Source: an uncultured Spirochaetota bacterium
GTDB lineage: Bacteria > Spirochaetota > Spirochaetia > SZUA-6 > Fen-1364
Assembly (NCBI GenBank): GCA_963734545.1
Contig: CAVTHO010000005.1
Location: forward strand, 480,001-544,000
Direction of reading: 5' to 3'
Length of the DNA stretch: 64,000 nucleotides
Part shown: in pieces, positions 1-9,840 of the stretch
Layout: each line of letters starts with the position of its first letter
How positions within the stretch are numbered: the first letter of the stretch is position 1
The notes under the pieces: model-generated
Seen by the model: only the letters and a program-made list of their open reading frames with translations
Databases searched by the model: none
Told to the model about the DNA's origin: nothing
Translations under genes and position numbers: made by a program

Positions 1-1
1 G

Positions 2-1213
2 GAACTGACCGTGATTGCACGGGCCTTGAACAACGGGCGGCAGAGCGTCAGCGCCGAGCTGGAGGAGAGCCGCCGCGCGCAGCAGACTCGTCACGGCTCG
101 CCGCGCACGACGAACAGAAAAGTGCGTGAGCGGCTCGCCGGGTTGACCCCTGCAATGGCACGCAGAAAGAGCCCCTACGCCGAGCGCCGCAAGACCCAGG
201 CAGCGGCTCTGCGCATCCCCCTGTATCCGACGACCACCATCGGGTCGTTCCCGCAGACGCAGAAGGTGCGCGCCGCGCGCGCCGAGTTCCGCAAGGGGGC
301 GCTCACGACGGCGCAGTACGAGCAGTTCCTCAAGGAAGAGATGGAGAGGACCATCAGGCTGCAGGAAGAGCTGGGCCTCGACGTGCTGGTCCACGGCGAG
401 TTCGAGCGGAACGACATGGTCGAGTATTTCGGCGAGATGCTCTCAGGCTTCGCATTCACCCGGAACGGCTGGGTGCAGAGCTACGGATCCCGCTGCGTGA
501 AGCCTCCCCTCATTTACGGGGACGTGGAGCGCCCGAACCCGATGACCGTCCGCTGGTCATCCCTTGCCCAGTCGCTCACCAAGCGGCTGATGAAAGGCAT
601 GCTCACCGGGCCGGTGACTATTCTCCAGTGGTCATTCGTGCGTGACGATCAGCCCCGGGAGGTCACCTGCCGGCAGATCGCCCTTGCCATCCGCGACGAG
701 GTGTGCGATCTCGAAGCCTCCGGCATCAAGCTCGTCCAGATCGACGAGCCGGCACTCCGCGAGGGACTGCCCCTGCGCCGATCCGACTGGAACGGGTACC
801 TGTCCTGGGCGGTCGAGGCGTTCCGTCTCGCCTCGAGCGGGGTGAAGGACGCAACGCAGATTCACACCCATATGTGCTACTCGGAGTTCAATGACATCGT
901 GCCTTCCATCGGGGCCATGGATGCGGACGTGATCTCGGTCGAATCCGCGCGGTCCCGCATGGAGCTGCTGGGCGCGTTCCATGACTACCGCTACCCCAAT
1001 GAAATCGGCCCCGGCGTGTATGACATCCATTCACCGCGCGTGCCCTCCGCGGATGAGATCACGGCGCTGCTGGAGAAGGCGCGGGAAGTGCTGAAACCGG
1101 AGCAGCTCTGGGTCAACCCGGACTGCGGCCTGAAGACCCGGCAATGGAACGAGGTGAAGCCGGCTCTGACCGCGATGGTCGAGGCGGCGCGGCGGCTTCG
1201 ACAGAAGAAGTAA
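2..1213 (+). CDS. metE: Cobalamin-independent methionine synthase, C-terminal part (5' end outside window)
   Basis: [50 protein letters not shown] and [11 protein letters not shown] motifs; frame is open to the window edge. Confidence 0.97.
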   Translation, partial: ELTVIARALNNGRQSVSAELEESRRAQQTRHGSPRTTNRKVRERLAGLTPAMARRKSPYAERRKTQAAALRIPLYPTTTIGSFPQTQKVRAARAEFRKGALTTAQYEQFLKEEMERTIRLQEELGLDVLVHGEFERNDMVEYFGEMLSGFAFTRNGWVQSYGSRCVKPPLIYGDVERPNPMTVRWSSLAQSLTKRLMKGMLTGPVTILQWSFVRDDQPREVTCRQIALAIRDEVCDLEASGIKLVQIDEPALREGLPLRRSDWNGYLSWAVEAFRLASSGVKDATQIHTHMCYSEFNDIVPSIGAMDADVISVESARSRMELLGAFHDYRYPNEIGPGVYDIHSPRVPSADEITALLEKAREVLKPEQLWVNPDCGLKTRQWNEVKPALTAMVEAARRLRQKK

Positions 1214-1217
1214 GGCT

Positions 1218-3062
1218 ACGAGACCAGATTTCCGTTCGAAACTTGAGCAGAAGACTCCGATTCTCTTCGACGGGGCAATGGGAACCATGCTCTACGAGCG
1301 GGGCGTGTTCCTCAATCGCTCCTTCGAGGAAGTGTGCCTCTCGGACCCGCAGCTTCTTCTCACGATCCATCGGGAGTACCTGGACGCGGGCGCCGATGTC
1401 CTGACAACGAACAGCTGGGGCGCCGGGCTCCCCAAGCTCCGCAGCGCGGGTCTCGCGGACAAATTCGAGAGCATCAACCGCGGAGCGGTCTCCCTTGCCC
1501 GCAGGGCCATCGAGGAAGCAGGACTCGCCGACTCCGTTTACGTGGCCGGATCGATCGGCCCTCTCGGCGTCAAGATCGAGCCGCTGGGCGCCATGAGCGC
1601 CGCGGAGGCGGAGGGGCTCTTCACGCGTCACGCCTCGATCCTGGCGGACGCCGGAGCCGACCTCATCATCCTCGAGACCTTCGTCGACGTGCGGGAGCTC
1701 GCTGCCGCGGTCCGCGGGGTGAGGAAGGGATGCGGGCTTCCGCTGATCGCCTCCCTCACGATCAACAGCGAGGGGACGTCCCTGTACGGGACCGAGCCCG
1801 AAATCTTCGCGACGGAGATCGACGCGCTCGCGCCGGATGTCATCGGGGTGAACTGTTCCGAGGGACCGAAGATCATGCTCGACACGGCGGAGAGGATGGT
1901 CAAAGTGGCGCAGCGGCCCCTCTGTATCCAGCCCAACGCGGGGATGCCCGCCAACGTCGACGGCCGCAACATCTACCAGACCACGCCGAAATACATGGCC
2001 AAGTACGCGAAACGCATGATCCAGTCCGGCGTGCTCATCGTCGGCGGCTGCTGCGGGACAACACCGGCCCACATCAGGGAGATCCGCCAGGAGATAAGGG
2101 CCCTTGCGCCGAGCATCCCGCGCGAGCGGATCCGTCTCGTGGTTCCGGAGCTGGGCCTCACGCCCGTCGCGCTGGAGAAAAAGAGCCGCTGGGCATCCAA
2201 GCTGGCGCACGGCGAGTGGGTCACCTGCGTCGAGCTGGTTCCGCCCAAGGGAATCGACGTCGAGAGGATTCTGGAGAACGCGCGCATCCTGAAAGAAAAG
2301 GGGATTGACGCGGTGAACGTACCGGACAGCCCTCGCGCGCAGGTCAAGATGGGCGCGGTCTCGGCATCGATCCTCCTGCAGCAGGGCACCGGCATCGAGG
2401 CAATCCCCCACTACACCTGCAAGGACAAGAACCTCCTGGCCCTCCAGGCGGATCTCCTGGGGGCACACGCGCTGGGCATCCGCAATATTCTCCTTGTCAC
2501 GGGTGACCCGCCCAACATGGGCACGTATCCCGACGCCACGGCGGTTTTCAATGTCGACTCCATCGGGCTGTGCAATCTGGCGAACATGCTCAACCACGGC
2601 TACGATCTGGGACACAATCCGGTCGGACGGCCGACCGAGTACTGCTTCGGCGTGGCCCTGAATCCCAGCGCGGTGAACCCCGACCGGGAGCTGGAGAGGT
2701 TCCGTTGGAAGCTCGAGGCGGGAGCGGAGTTCGCTATCACGCAGCCGGTGTTCGATGCCCAACCCCTCCTGCGCTTCGTCGACCGCCTGCGCGGAGCGCC
2801 CGGCATACCTATCATTGCGGGGATCTGGCCCCTCGTCAGCCTGCGCAACGCCGAGTTCATGAAGAACGAGGTGCCCGGAGTATTTGTTCCCGACTCCGTT
2901 ATAGCGCGCATGGCCCGGTGTGACACGAAGGAAGCAGCGCTGGAGGAAGGGACCGCGATTGCGCGGGAGCTTCTCGAAGTGTTGAGGGGAGTCATCGCGG
3001 GGGTGCAGCTTTCGGCACCTCTGGGCAAGGTCCAGAACGCCTTGAATGTCCTCGGACTCTGA
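1218..3062 (+). CDS. Bifunctional homocysteine S-methyltransferase / 5,10-methylenetetrahydrofolate reductase (YitJ-like)
   Basis: N-terminal Hcy-binding domain (FDGAMGTML, GVNCSEGP, GGCCGTTPAHI) fused to an MTHFR domain (ELVPPK, VTGDPP, FAITQPVFD). Homology extends upstream of ATG 1278 to an in-frame ACG at 1218. Confidence 0.92.
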   Translation, partial: TRPDFRSKLEQKTPILFDGAMGTMLYERGVFLNRSFEEVCLSDPQLLLTIHREYLDAGADVLTTNSWGAGLPKLRSAGLADKFESINRGAVSLARRAIEEAGLADSVYVAGSIGPLGVKIEPLGAMSAAEAEGLFTRHASILADAGADLIILETFVDVRELAAAVRGVRKGCGLPLIASLTINSEGTSLYGTEPEIFATEIDALAPDVIGVNCSEGPKIMLDTAERMVKVAQRPLCIQPNAGMPANVDGRNIYQTTPKYMAKYAKRMIQSGVLIVGGCCGTTPAHIREIRQEIRALAPSIPRERIRLVVPELGLTPVALEKKSRWASKLAHGEWVTCVELVPPKGIDVERILENARILKEKGIDAVNVPDSPRAQVKMGAVSASILLQQGTGIEAIPHYTCKDKNLLALQADLLGAHALGIRNILLVTGDPPNMGTYPDATAVFNVDSIGLCNLANMLNHGYDLGHNPVGRPTEYCFGVALNPSAVNPDRELERFRWKLEAGAEFAITQPVFDAQPLLRFVDRLRGAPGIPIIAGIWPLVSLRNAEFMKNEVPGVFVPDSVIARMARCDTKEAALEEGTAIARELLEVLRGVIAGVQLSAPLGKVQNALNVLGL

Positions 3063-3124
3063 GCGCGCTGCAACTCACTCGTGGCTTGCAGCCTACCCCC
3101 GTTTTCTATACTTTGAGCTGGTAG

Positions 3125-3204
3125 TGCCACCAACCGCGCCAGGAGCGCGAGGGAGTGGCCGCCGGAATGCCGCCAACTGCGCCTGGAGCGCAAGGGAGCG
3201 GCCG
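3125..3204 (+). repeat. Tandem pair (43-nt period) of two-stem hairpins with C(A/T)GGA loop in the 5' leader of the 3213 gene
   Basis: GCCAC-CAAC-CGCGC-CAGGA-GCGCG-AGGGA-GTGGC (3126-3159) and GCCGC-CAAC-TGCGC-CTGGA-GCGCA-AGGGA-GCGGC (3169-3202); TATACT -10-like box at 3107-3112. Confidence 0.8.
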
Positions 3205-3212
3205 CAGGTGCC

Positions 3213-3674
3213 ATGGGATACCTCTGGAGACTGTTCGCGTGGATGGGGCTTTTCCTCAGCGTCGCCCTCGCCGCGTTCGTGGCGACATTCCTTTTCATGC
3301 GCCGGCGCATCCTGCGCCGCGTGGAGGAGGAGCTGGGAAAGGACGCCCTCCTCATGGCTGCCGGCGCGCGCGTCGGGGAAAGCGGCAATGGAGAGAACGG
3401 CGGGTCATCATTGTCCAGCGGCATTCTCATGCTCCTCTCCAGCGGGTTGTACTTCCACGCATGGCTCGGCAGCCGCGAGGTTTTCGTGCCGGGACCTTCC
3501 ATATCGTGGATCGGTGTATCGGAGACGCGTGACGCACTGCGAGGGGAGCGCCACCGTATCGTCGTTCGCTTTCTGAACGCAGCGGGCAAGGAGGACGGCA
3601 TTGCGATCCGTCTCCTGTATCCCGCGCAGTGGGTGGCGGCAATCAAGACCCACCTGATCACGCGGGCAGGCTGA
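3213..3674 (+). CDS. Hypothetical protein with N-terminal membrane anchor
   Basis: 153-aa ORF with a hydrophobic N-terminal helix, filling the gap before aroC. Confidence 0.75.
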   Translation: MGYLWRLFAWMGLFLSVALAAFVATFLFMRRRILRRVEEELGKDALLMAAGARVGESGNGENGGSSLSSGILMLLSSGLYFHAWLGSREVFVPGPSISWIGVSETRDALRGERHRIVVRFLNAAGKEDGIAIRLLYPAQWVAAIKTHLITRAG

Positions 3675-3688
3675 GCAAAGGGGGACAC

Positions 3689-4759
3689 GTGCCGGGCAGC
3701 TCATTCGGACGCATCCTGGGCATCACCACATTCGGGGAGAGCCACGGCCCGGGCATCGGGGTGGTCGTGGACGGCTGCCCTCCGGGGGTGATCATCACCA
3801 CCGAGGACATCCAGAAAGAGCTGAACAGGCGAAAGCCCGGCCAGAGCGCCATCACGACCCCCCGTGCCGAAAAGGACAGGGTCGAGGTGCTCTCCGGAGT
3901 TTTCGACGGTCTCACGACCGGCACGCCCATCGCCCTGCTGATCAGGAACGAGGACAAGAAGAGCGAAGACTATGAGCCGTTGAAGCGGCTCATACGCCCC
4001 GGGCACGCTGACTGGACCTACGGCGCCAAATATGGCGTGCGGGACTGGCGCGGAAGCGGCCGCGCCTCGGGCCGGGAGACCGCCGCGCGCGTTGCCGCGG
4101 GTGCCATCGCGAAGAAGATCCTCGCCGCCCGCGGCGTTTCCCTCCTGGGGTACAGCCTGGAGATCGGCGGGGTGCGTGCCCGGCGCGTCGATCCGTCCGA
4201 AATAGAGAAGAACATGGTCCGCTCTCCGGATGCCGAGGCAGCGCCGCTCATGATCGCCCGTATCGAGGAGGCGCGCGCGGCCGGCGATTCCGTGGGCGGC
4301 ATTGTGGAAGTCGTGGCTTCGGGCTGCCCGGCGGGTCTCGGGGATCCGGTGTTCGACAAGCTGGAAGCCCTGCTCGCGCACGCGCTGATGTCAGTGGGCG
4401 CTGTACGGGGCGTGGAGGTCGGCGCGGGCTTCGAGGCGGCCCGCATGCGGGGCTCGGCCTACAATGACGAACCATACAGCGAGTCGGGACGGATGCGGAC
4501 GCGGACGAACAATGCCGGGGGGATCGCGGGCGGAATCTCCAACGGGATGGACATCGTCGTGCGCGCCGCGCTTCGCCCGCCGGCTTCGATCTCACGTCCG
4601 CAGAAGACCGTCGACGACGCGGGCGCCCCTGTCACCGTGGAAATCGGGGGCAGGCACGACCCGTGCATTGTGCCGCGCGCCGTGCCCGTGCTGGAGGCCA
4701 TGACCGCGCTCGTCCTGGCGGACTGCCTGCTGATCCAGGACGCCTACCGTTCCCGTTGA
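3689..4759 (+). CDS. aroC: Chorismate synthase
   Basis: TTFGESHGPGIG, RPGHADWTY, SGRETAARVAAGA, GRHDPCIVPRAVPV; GTG start after a GGGGGA SD. Confidence 0.97.
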   Translation: MPGSSFGRILGITTFGESHGPGIGVVVDGCPPGVIITTEDIQKELNRRKPGQSAITTPRAEKDRVEVLSGVFDGLTTGTPIALLIRNEDKKSEDYEPLKRLIRPGHADWTYGAKYGVRDWRGSGRASGRETAARVAAGAIAKKILAARGVSLLGYSLEIGGVRARRVDPSEIEKNMVRSPDAEAAPLMIARIEEARAAGDSVGGIVEVVASGCPAGLGDPVFDKLEALLAHALMSVGAVRGVEVGAGFEAARMRGSAYNDEPYSESGRMRTRTNNAGGIAGGISNGMDIVVRAALRPPASISRPQKTVDDAGAPVTVEIGGRHDPCIVPRAVPVLEAMTALVLADCLLIQDAYRSR

Positions 4760-4809
4760 CATCGGCAGGTGAGGCGGTATTAACTTGACTGGCGTACGCG
4801 TACCGATGA

Positions 4810-5277
4810 ATGTCGATGAAACTCATCCAATACATACGTCCTGAGTGCTTTCTCGTCGAGCTCCCCGAACAAACCCGGGAGGACGCGCTGCGGAGGATCG
4901 TGCACGCGGTTGCGGAGAAAGGCTACATCAAGGACGAGAAGGCCGTTTTTGCCAAGCTCATGGAGCGTGAGAATATCCAGAGCACCGCGGTGGGAAACGG
5001 CATCGCCATCCCGCACTGTTTCACCGACGAGGTCCCCGACCTGATCATCACGCTTGCACGATCGCGCGCGGGGCTCGAATTCGATTCTTTCGACGGGAAG
5101 CCCACGCAGGTCGTGTTCCTTCTCATGGGAAACCGCAAGGAGCACGGCCTGCACCTGAAGGCCCTTGCCCGGATCGCCCGGCTCATCAAGAGCACCTCCT
5201 TCATCGAGAGGATCGTCGCATCCTCCACCGTGGAGGACATGGTCAGGGCGTTCGAGCAGGAGGAGGGGAAGATCTGA
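4810..5277 (+). CDS. PTS EIIA domain protein (fructose/mannitol/Ntr family)
   Basis: ERENIQSTAVGNGIAIPH phospho-His motif, FDSFDGKP, HLKALARIARL. Confidence 0.9.
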   Translation: MSMKLIQYIRPECFLVELPEQTREDALRRIVHAVAEKGYIKDEKAVFAKLMERENIQSTAVGNGIAIPHCFTDEVPDLIITLARSRAGLEFDSFDGKPTQVVFLLMGNRKEHGLHLKALARIARLIKSTSFIERIVASSTVEDMVRAFEQEEGKI

Positions 5278-5609
5278 TGAAGCTCCTGTTCATCGTTCTG
5301 AACTCGACGGACAAGCTCGAGGAGGTCCTCGAGGGGCTGCTGGAAGTCGGTGTGACGGGCGCGACGGTCGTGGACTCCGTCGGCATGGGGCATATCATCG
5401 AGGATGTGCCCTTGTTCGCCGGCATGCGCAATGTTTTCCGCTCCTCCAAGCCCCACAACAACATGATTTTTTCCGTGATCAGCGACAACCAGGCCGCGGA
5501 GGCAATGGAAGTCCTCGACAAGATCCTGGGCTGCTCCCAGGACAAGGGCAGGGGCATTGCCTTCACGCTGCCCATCGATTCGGCCATCGGTGTCTGCAAG
5601 GACACCTGA
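5277..5609 (+). CDS. PII-like (GlnB-fold) signalling protein
   Basis: 110 aa; GVTGATVVDSVGMG and GIAFTLPI match PII-superfamily strands; overlaps the upstream stop codon. Confidence 0.75.
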   Translation: MKLLFIVLNSTDKLEEVLEGLLEVGVTGATVVDSVGMGHIIEDVPLFAGMRNVFRSSKPHNNMIFSVISDNQAAEAMEVLDKILGCSQDKGRGIAFTLPIDSAIGVCKDT

Positions 5610-5616
5610 GCGGGCC

Positions 5617-7068
5617 GTGTACGACGTTGCGATCATAGGCGCCGGCGTGTCGGGAGCGGCAATCGCGCGTCGTCTTTCCTCCTATCGCATCAGCGTGGCG
5701 CTCATCGAACGCTGCGTGGACGCCTCTTTCGGCGTCTCAAAAGCCAATTCCGGCATCATCCATGCAGGCTTTCATCATGCGCCCTCCTCCCTCAAGGCGC
5801 GTCTCGAGGTGGCCGGCAACCGCGCTTTCGACGCTCTGCAGGCGGAGCTTGGTTTCCCTTTCCGCCGCAACGGCATTATCGTCGCCGCGTTCTCATGGGA
5901 AGAGATGAAGGTCGTGGATGGGCTGTACGCGCAGGGACTGGCCAACGGCGCCCGCGGCATCGAAATCGTCGGTCGTGACAGGATCCTCGCCCTGGAGCCG
6001 GCGCTGAGCAGTGACGTGGCCGGCGGTCTCTTCGCGCCGGAGGGCGGCATCATCGAGCCCTATCGATTCGTTTTCGCGCTGGTGGAATCTGCCGTTGCCA
6101 ACGGTGTGCGCTTTCTCACCGGCTGGGAGGTCAGCAAGGCACAGCGGGCCGGAGACGCGTGGCACATCACCTCCGCCGAAGGGGACGCCCTCGAAGCAAA
6201 GTGGGTGGTGAATGCCGCGGGCCTCCATGCCGACACCGTCTCGGCGATCTTCGGCGCGGAGCATTTCTCCATCATCCCCCGCAAAGGGGAGGAGTTCATA
6301 CTGGAAAAGGGATCTGCCGGACCCCCGAGCAGGGTCATCTTTCCGGTGCCGGCGCGTTCTTCCAAGGGCGTGCTGGTCATCCCCACGGTCGAGGGGACCG
6401 TGATGCTGGGCCCCACCGCGGAGGAGGGTGAGGACAAGGAGGACACCTCCACGACTCCGGAGAACCTGGATCGGGTCTTTGACCTCGCCACCCGCATGGT
6501 GCCCCGGATTTCCAAGCGGGACATCATCACGGCGTTCTCCGGGCTGCGCCCCACGCTTCCGGGCGACGATTTCTACATCGACCTCTCGCGCGAGGCGCCG
6601 GCGTTTGTGCAGGTGGCCGGCATACAATCGCCGGGCCTCACCGCGTCACCCGCGATCGCCGAGCGTGTCCGTGACCTCCTGAGTGAAGCGGGGCTGGCGC
6701 TCCCGGGGAAGCAGGACTGGCGTCCGGGGATCGCGCACATGGAGCGCACCCGGGACCGGGCCATCTCCGATCTGGATCGGCTGGTGGCAAAGGACCCTGC
6801 CTACGCGCACATCGTCTGCCGCTGCGAGGCTGTTTCAGAAGCAGAGGTCGTGGAAGCGATCCGCAAGGGACACACGACCCTGGACGGCATCAAGTACTAC
6901 ACGCGGGCCGGCATGGGCAGGTGCCAGGGGGGCTTCTGCACCTATCGGATCATGCGGCTCATTTCACGGGAGACGGGGCTGCCGCTGGAGCAGATCTCCA
7001 AGCACGGCCCGGGCAGCGAGCTCGTGGTAGACCGCATCGGCGCGGCCGAGCGCGGGGCCGGGTCGTGA
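5617..7068 (+). CDS. FAD-dependent oxidoreductase with C-terminal BFD-like [2Fe-2S] domain (GlpA/LhgO-like)
   Basis: IIGAGVSG, SKANSGIIHAG, GIQSPGLTASPAIA, VCRCE...RAGMGRCQGGFC. Confidence 0.9.
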   Translation: MYDVAIIGAGVSGAAIARRLSSYRISVALIERCVDASFGVSKANSGIIHAGFHHAPSSLKARLEVAGNRAFDALQAELGFPFRRNGIIVAAFSWEEMKVVDGLYAQGLANGARGIEIVGRDRILALEPALSSDVAGGLFAPEGGIIEPYRFVFALVESAVANGVRFLTGWEVSKAQRAGDAWHITSAEGDALEAKWVVNAAGLHADTVSAIFGAEHFSIIPRKGEEFILEKGSAGPPSRVIFPVPARSSKGVLVIPTVEGTVMLGPTAEEGEDKEDTSTTPENLDRVFDLATRMVPRISKRDIITAFSGLRPTLPGDDFYIDLSREAPAFVQVAGIQSPGLTASPAIAERVRDLLSEAGLALPGKQDWRPGIAHMERTRDRAISDLDRLVAKDPAYAHIVCRCEAVSEAEVVEAIRKGHTTLDGIKYYTRAGMGRCQGGFCTYRIMRLISRETGLPLEQISKHGPGSELVVDRIGAAERGAGS

Positions 7069-8328
7069 TCAACCGCAGCGTCGACGCGGTCGTGGTGGGA
7101 GGCGGAAGCGCCGGCATGGCAGCCGCGCTCGCCATGCGTCAGGCGGGGCTGGCGGTGGCAATCGTCGAGCGTGATCCGTTCCTGGGCGGCATTCTGCTGC
7201 AGTGCATCCACAGCGGGTTCGGCCTGCACGAGTTCGGCCAGGACCTCACAGGCCCGGAGTACGCGGAGCGATTCATCGGTCCCGTGCTCGCGGCGGGGAT
7301 CGACATCCTGCTGGATGCCACGGTCATGGAGATAGGGGAGGAAGCGCCGCGCGGGAAAGGTGCTGACCGCATTCTCCCGGAGGCTCGGCATCGTCCGTTT
7401 TTCCTCGCGGGCCATTGTTCTTGCAATGGGCTGCCGGGAGCGCAACCGGGGAAACGTCGCCATTGCGGGCACGCGCCCATCCGGTGTCTTCACGGCGGGG
7501 CTGGCCCAGCGCCTCGTGAATGTCGAGGGGTGCATTCCCGGGCAGGCGCGCGGTGATCATCGGCTCCGGTGATATCGGGCTCATCATGGCGCGTCGTCTC
7601 ACCCTGATCGGCTGCAAGGTGCTTGCGGTGGTGGAGATCCAGCCGTATCCCTCCGGGAGCGTGCGCAACATCGTGCAATGCCTCAACGACTTTTCCATTC
7701 CGCTGTACCTGGGACACGTGGTGGTGAGAATAGAAGGCAGAAACAGGGTTGAAGAGGTGGAAGTGGCGCCCCTCGATGACGGGCATCCCGTCTCTGCAAA
7801 GAGCTTCCGCATTGCCTGTGACACGGTTCTTCTTTCCGTGGGCCTGATCCCCGAGAACGAGCTTGTCCCGTACCGCCGGTGTCTCCATCGAGGCAGGCAC
7901 GGGAGGTCCCTGGGTGGATGCCGACCTGATGACCCGCGTCGAAGGCATATTCGCCTGCGGAAATGTGCTGCACGTGCACGACCTGGTGGATTTCGTCACC
8001 GAAGAGGCGCGGCGGTGCGGGGAACGTGTCGTCGCATACCTCGGAGGAGAGCGGAGACAGGGCATGCTCACGGTCGCCTCGGGAGCGAACGTGCGATACG
8101 TGGTGCCCAATACGTTCGTGCCGGGCCGACAGAACGTGCTGTTTCTCAGGCCCCTCGTTGTGAAAAACGACGCGCGGCTGGAGGTGCGCGTAGGCGGGCA
8201 GGAGATCAAGACCCGCCGCCTGGCCCATGTACAGCCATCCGAGATGATCAGGCTCAGCCTGGAGAAGGACGCGGTTCCCGCCGGGGACGCGAGTCGCCGG
8301 CGGCGTGATGGAGGTGTCGATCCGGTGA
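7065..8328 (+). CDS. NAD(P)/FAD-dependent pyridine nucleotide-disulfide oxidoreductase (about 4 frameshifts, probably sequence errors)
   Basis: [44 protein letters not shown] and [16 protein letters not shown] found successively in ORFs 6921, 7360, 7520 and 7863; GTGA overlaps at both ends. Confidence 0.8.
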
Positions 8329-8723
8329 GCGAACTGGCCTTCCACGCGGGACGCGTGGAGCTCGTGTGCATCGCGTGTCCCATCGGGTGCAGGTTGACCG
8401 TGACCTCGCGAACCGCCGAGGATGTGGAGGTCTCCGGTAATCGATGCCCGCGAGGGGATACATACGGCAGGGAAGAAATCCTAGCCCCCAGACGGATCGT
8501 CACGGCCACCGTGCCGACGGGATCCGCCTCGTTCCCCTGCGCTCCGGTCAGAACGGACAAGCCCCTTGCGCGCGAATTGATCCCGCAGCTTTTGCAGACC
8601 TTGTACGCGCAAACCGCGAACCTTCCCATTCGACAGGGAGATGTTCTGATGGACGATTTTCACGGGGTACGGGTTCTTTTTACCCGCACCCTACCACCTG
8701 ATGAGATTCCCCCCGTACGTTAG
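8325..8723 (+). CDS. DUF1667 family CxxC protein
   Basis: VCIACPIGCRL...GNRCPRG; usual third gene of this oxidoreductase trio; GTG at 8325. Confidence 0.85.
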   Translation: MSELAFHAGRVELVCIACPIGCRLTVTSRTAEDVEVSGNRCPRGDTYGREEILAPRRIVTATVPTGSASFPCAPVRTDKPLARELIPQLLQTLYAQTANLPIRQGDVLMDDFHGVRVLFTRTLPPDEIPPVR

Positions 8724-9677
8724 TCCGGCCCCGAACCCGAAGGTGAGGAGGAGGTCACCTTTTTTCAACATGTTCTTTGAGCACATTTCAGACAGGGCGA
8801 TGGGGATGGACGCGGCAGAGGTGTTCGCATACTCCTCGATATTCATGAAGAATTTTTCCATGGGAATCTTTGAACGTTTCGCCGCTGCTTCAATAATTCT
8901 CACGTTTGCCTGATGGGGCACGATCCACGCGATGTCTTTGGCGCAGATATGGTTGCTCTCCATCATTTCCACGATGCCTTCGGAAACCACTTTGACGGCG
9001 AAGTTGTACACCTTTCTGCCGTCCATCTGAAGGAAGTTGTTCAGGTGATCGGTCTTGCCTTCACCGTAGGGAGTACGGGTGCCGCCTATGGGATGCGTGA
9101 GCAGCGCTGAACCCGACCCATCGGCCCGCAGCACTGACCGGATGATTCCACGCTCCCCCGGTGATGCATCAGCCGTGACCAGCGCCGCGCCTGCCCCATC
9201 GCCGAACAGAACACAGGTATTCCTGTCCTGCCAGTTGACGATCCTGCTGAGGACGTCTGCGCCCGCGACCAGAACCTTTTTCGCGCCGCCCGAGACCACG
9301 AAACCACGGGCTGTCTCCAGCGCATAGATGAAGCCGGTGCAGCCTGCGACGAGGTCCATTGCACCCGCATTTTTCGCTCCGAGCCTGTCTTGCACAATGC
9401 AGGAAACTGACGGAAACCCTATGAAATCCGGCGTTGCCGTTGCCACGAGGACGAGATCTATGTCCTCGGCTGCCGTGGCCGTTTTCTCCAAAACCTTACG
9501 GCAGGCTTCATACGCAAGGTCGGAGGAGGCAACCGAGGGGTCCGCGATGTGCCGGTAGCCGATTCCCGTGTGTGAACGGATCCACTCGTCGGAGGTATCC
9601 AGGGAGGCCGGGAACTCGTCGTTGCCCATTCTCTTGCCCGGTACCGAGAAATCAACCGCATCGATCACTGCTCGCAT
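8691..9677 (-). CDS. fabH: 3-oxoacyl-ACP synthase III
   Basis: DTSDEWIRSHTGI, DLVAGCTGF, VLFGDGAGA, VPHQANVRII, NTSAASIP, FGAGLTYG. Confidence 0.97.
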   Translation of the reverse strand: MRAVIDAVDFSVPGKRMGNDEFPASLDTSDEWIRSHTGIGYRHIADPSVASSDLAYEACRKVLEKTATAAEDIDLVLVATATPDFIGFPSVSCIVQDRLGAKNAGAMDLVAGCTGFIYALETARGFVVSGGAKKVLVAGADVLSRIVNWQDRNTCVLFGDGAGAALVTADASPGERGIIRSVLRADGSGSALLTHPIGGTRTPYGEGKTDHLNNFLQMDGRKVYNFAVKVVSEGIVEMMESNHICAKDIAWIVPHQANVRIIEAAAKRSKIPMEKFFMNIEEYANTSAASIPIALSEMCSKNMLKKGDLLLTFGFGAGLTYGGNLIRW

Positions 9678-9840
9678 GGCAAGCATACTAATGCGATCAA
9701 AATGGATGGTCAACAGGCCTCGCGGGAGGGTGGAATACGAATATTTTAGTCATGTTTTCAGATATCTAATCAATATATACAATTATAACAAACCGTCCGC
9801 CCTTGACCACGATTTGCTGCCCGTGGTATTTTGGGCCAAC

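Noticed and set aside
1113-2762. Long antisense or alternate-frame ORFs (also 10457-12130, 25485-26870, 51475-53133, 53632-55647, 60987-62396)
   Set aside because: Shadow ORFs of well-supported genes in high-GC DNA, with no recognisable motifs
7863-8723. Oxidoreductase-DUF1667 fusion
   Set aside because: Explained by a frameshift near 8295; a separate SD (GGAGG) and GTGA stop/start overlap exist at 8325-8328
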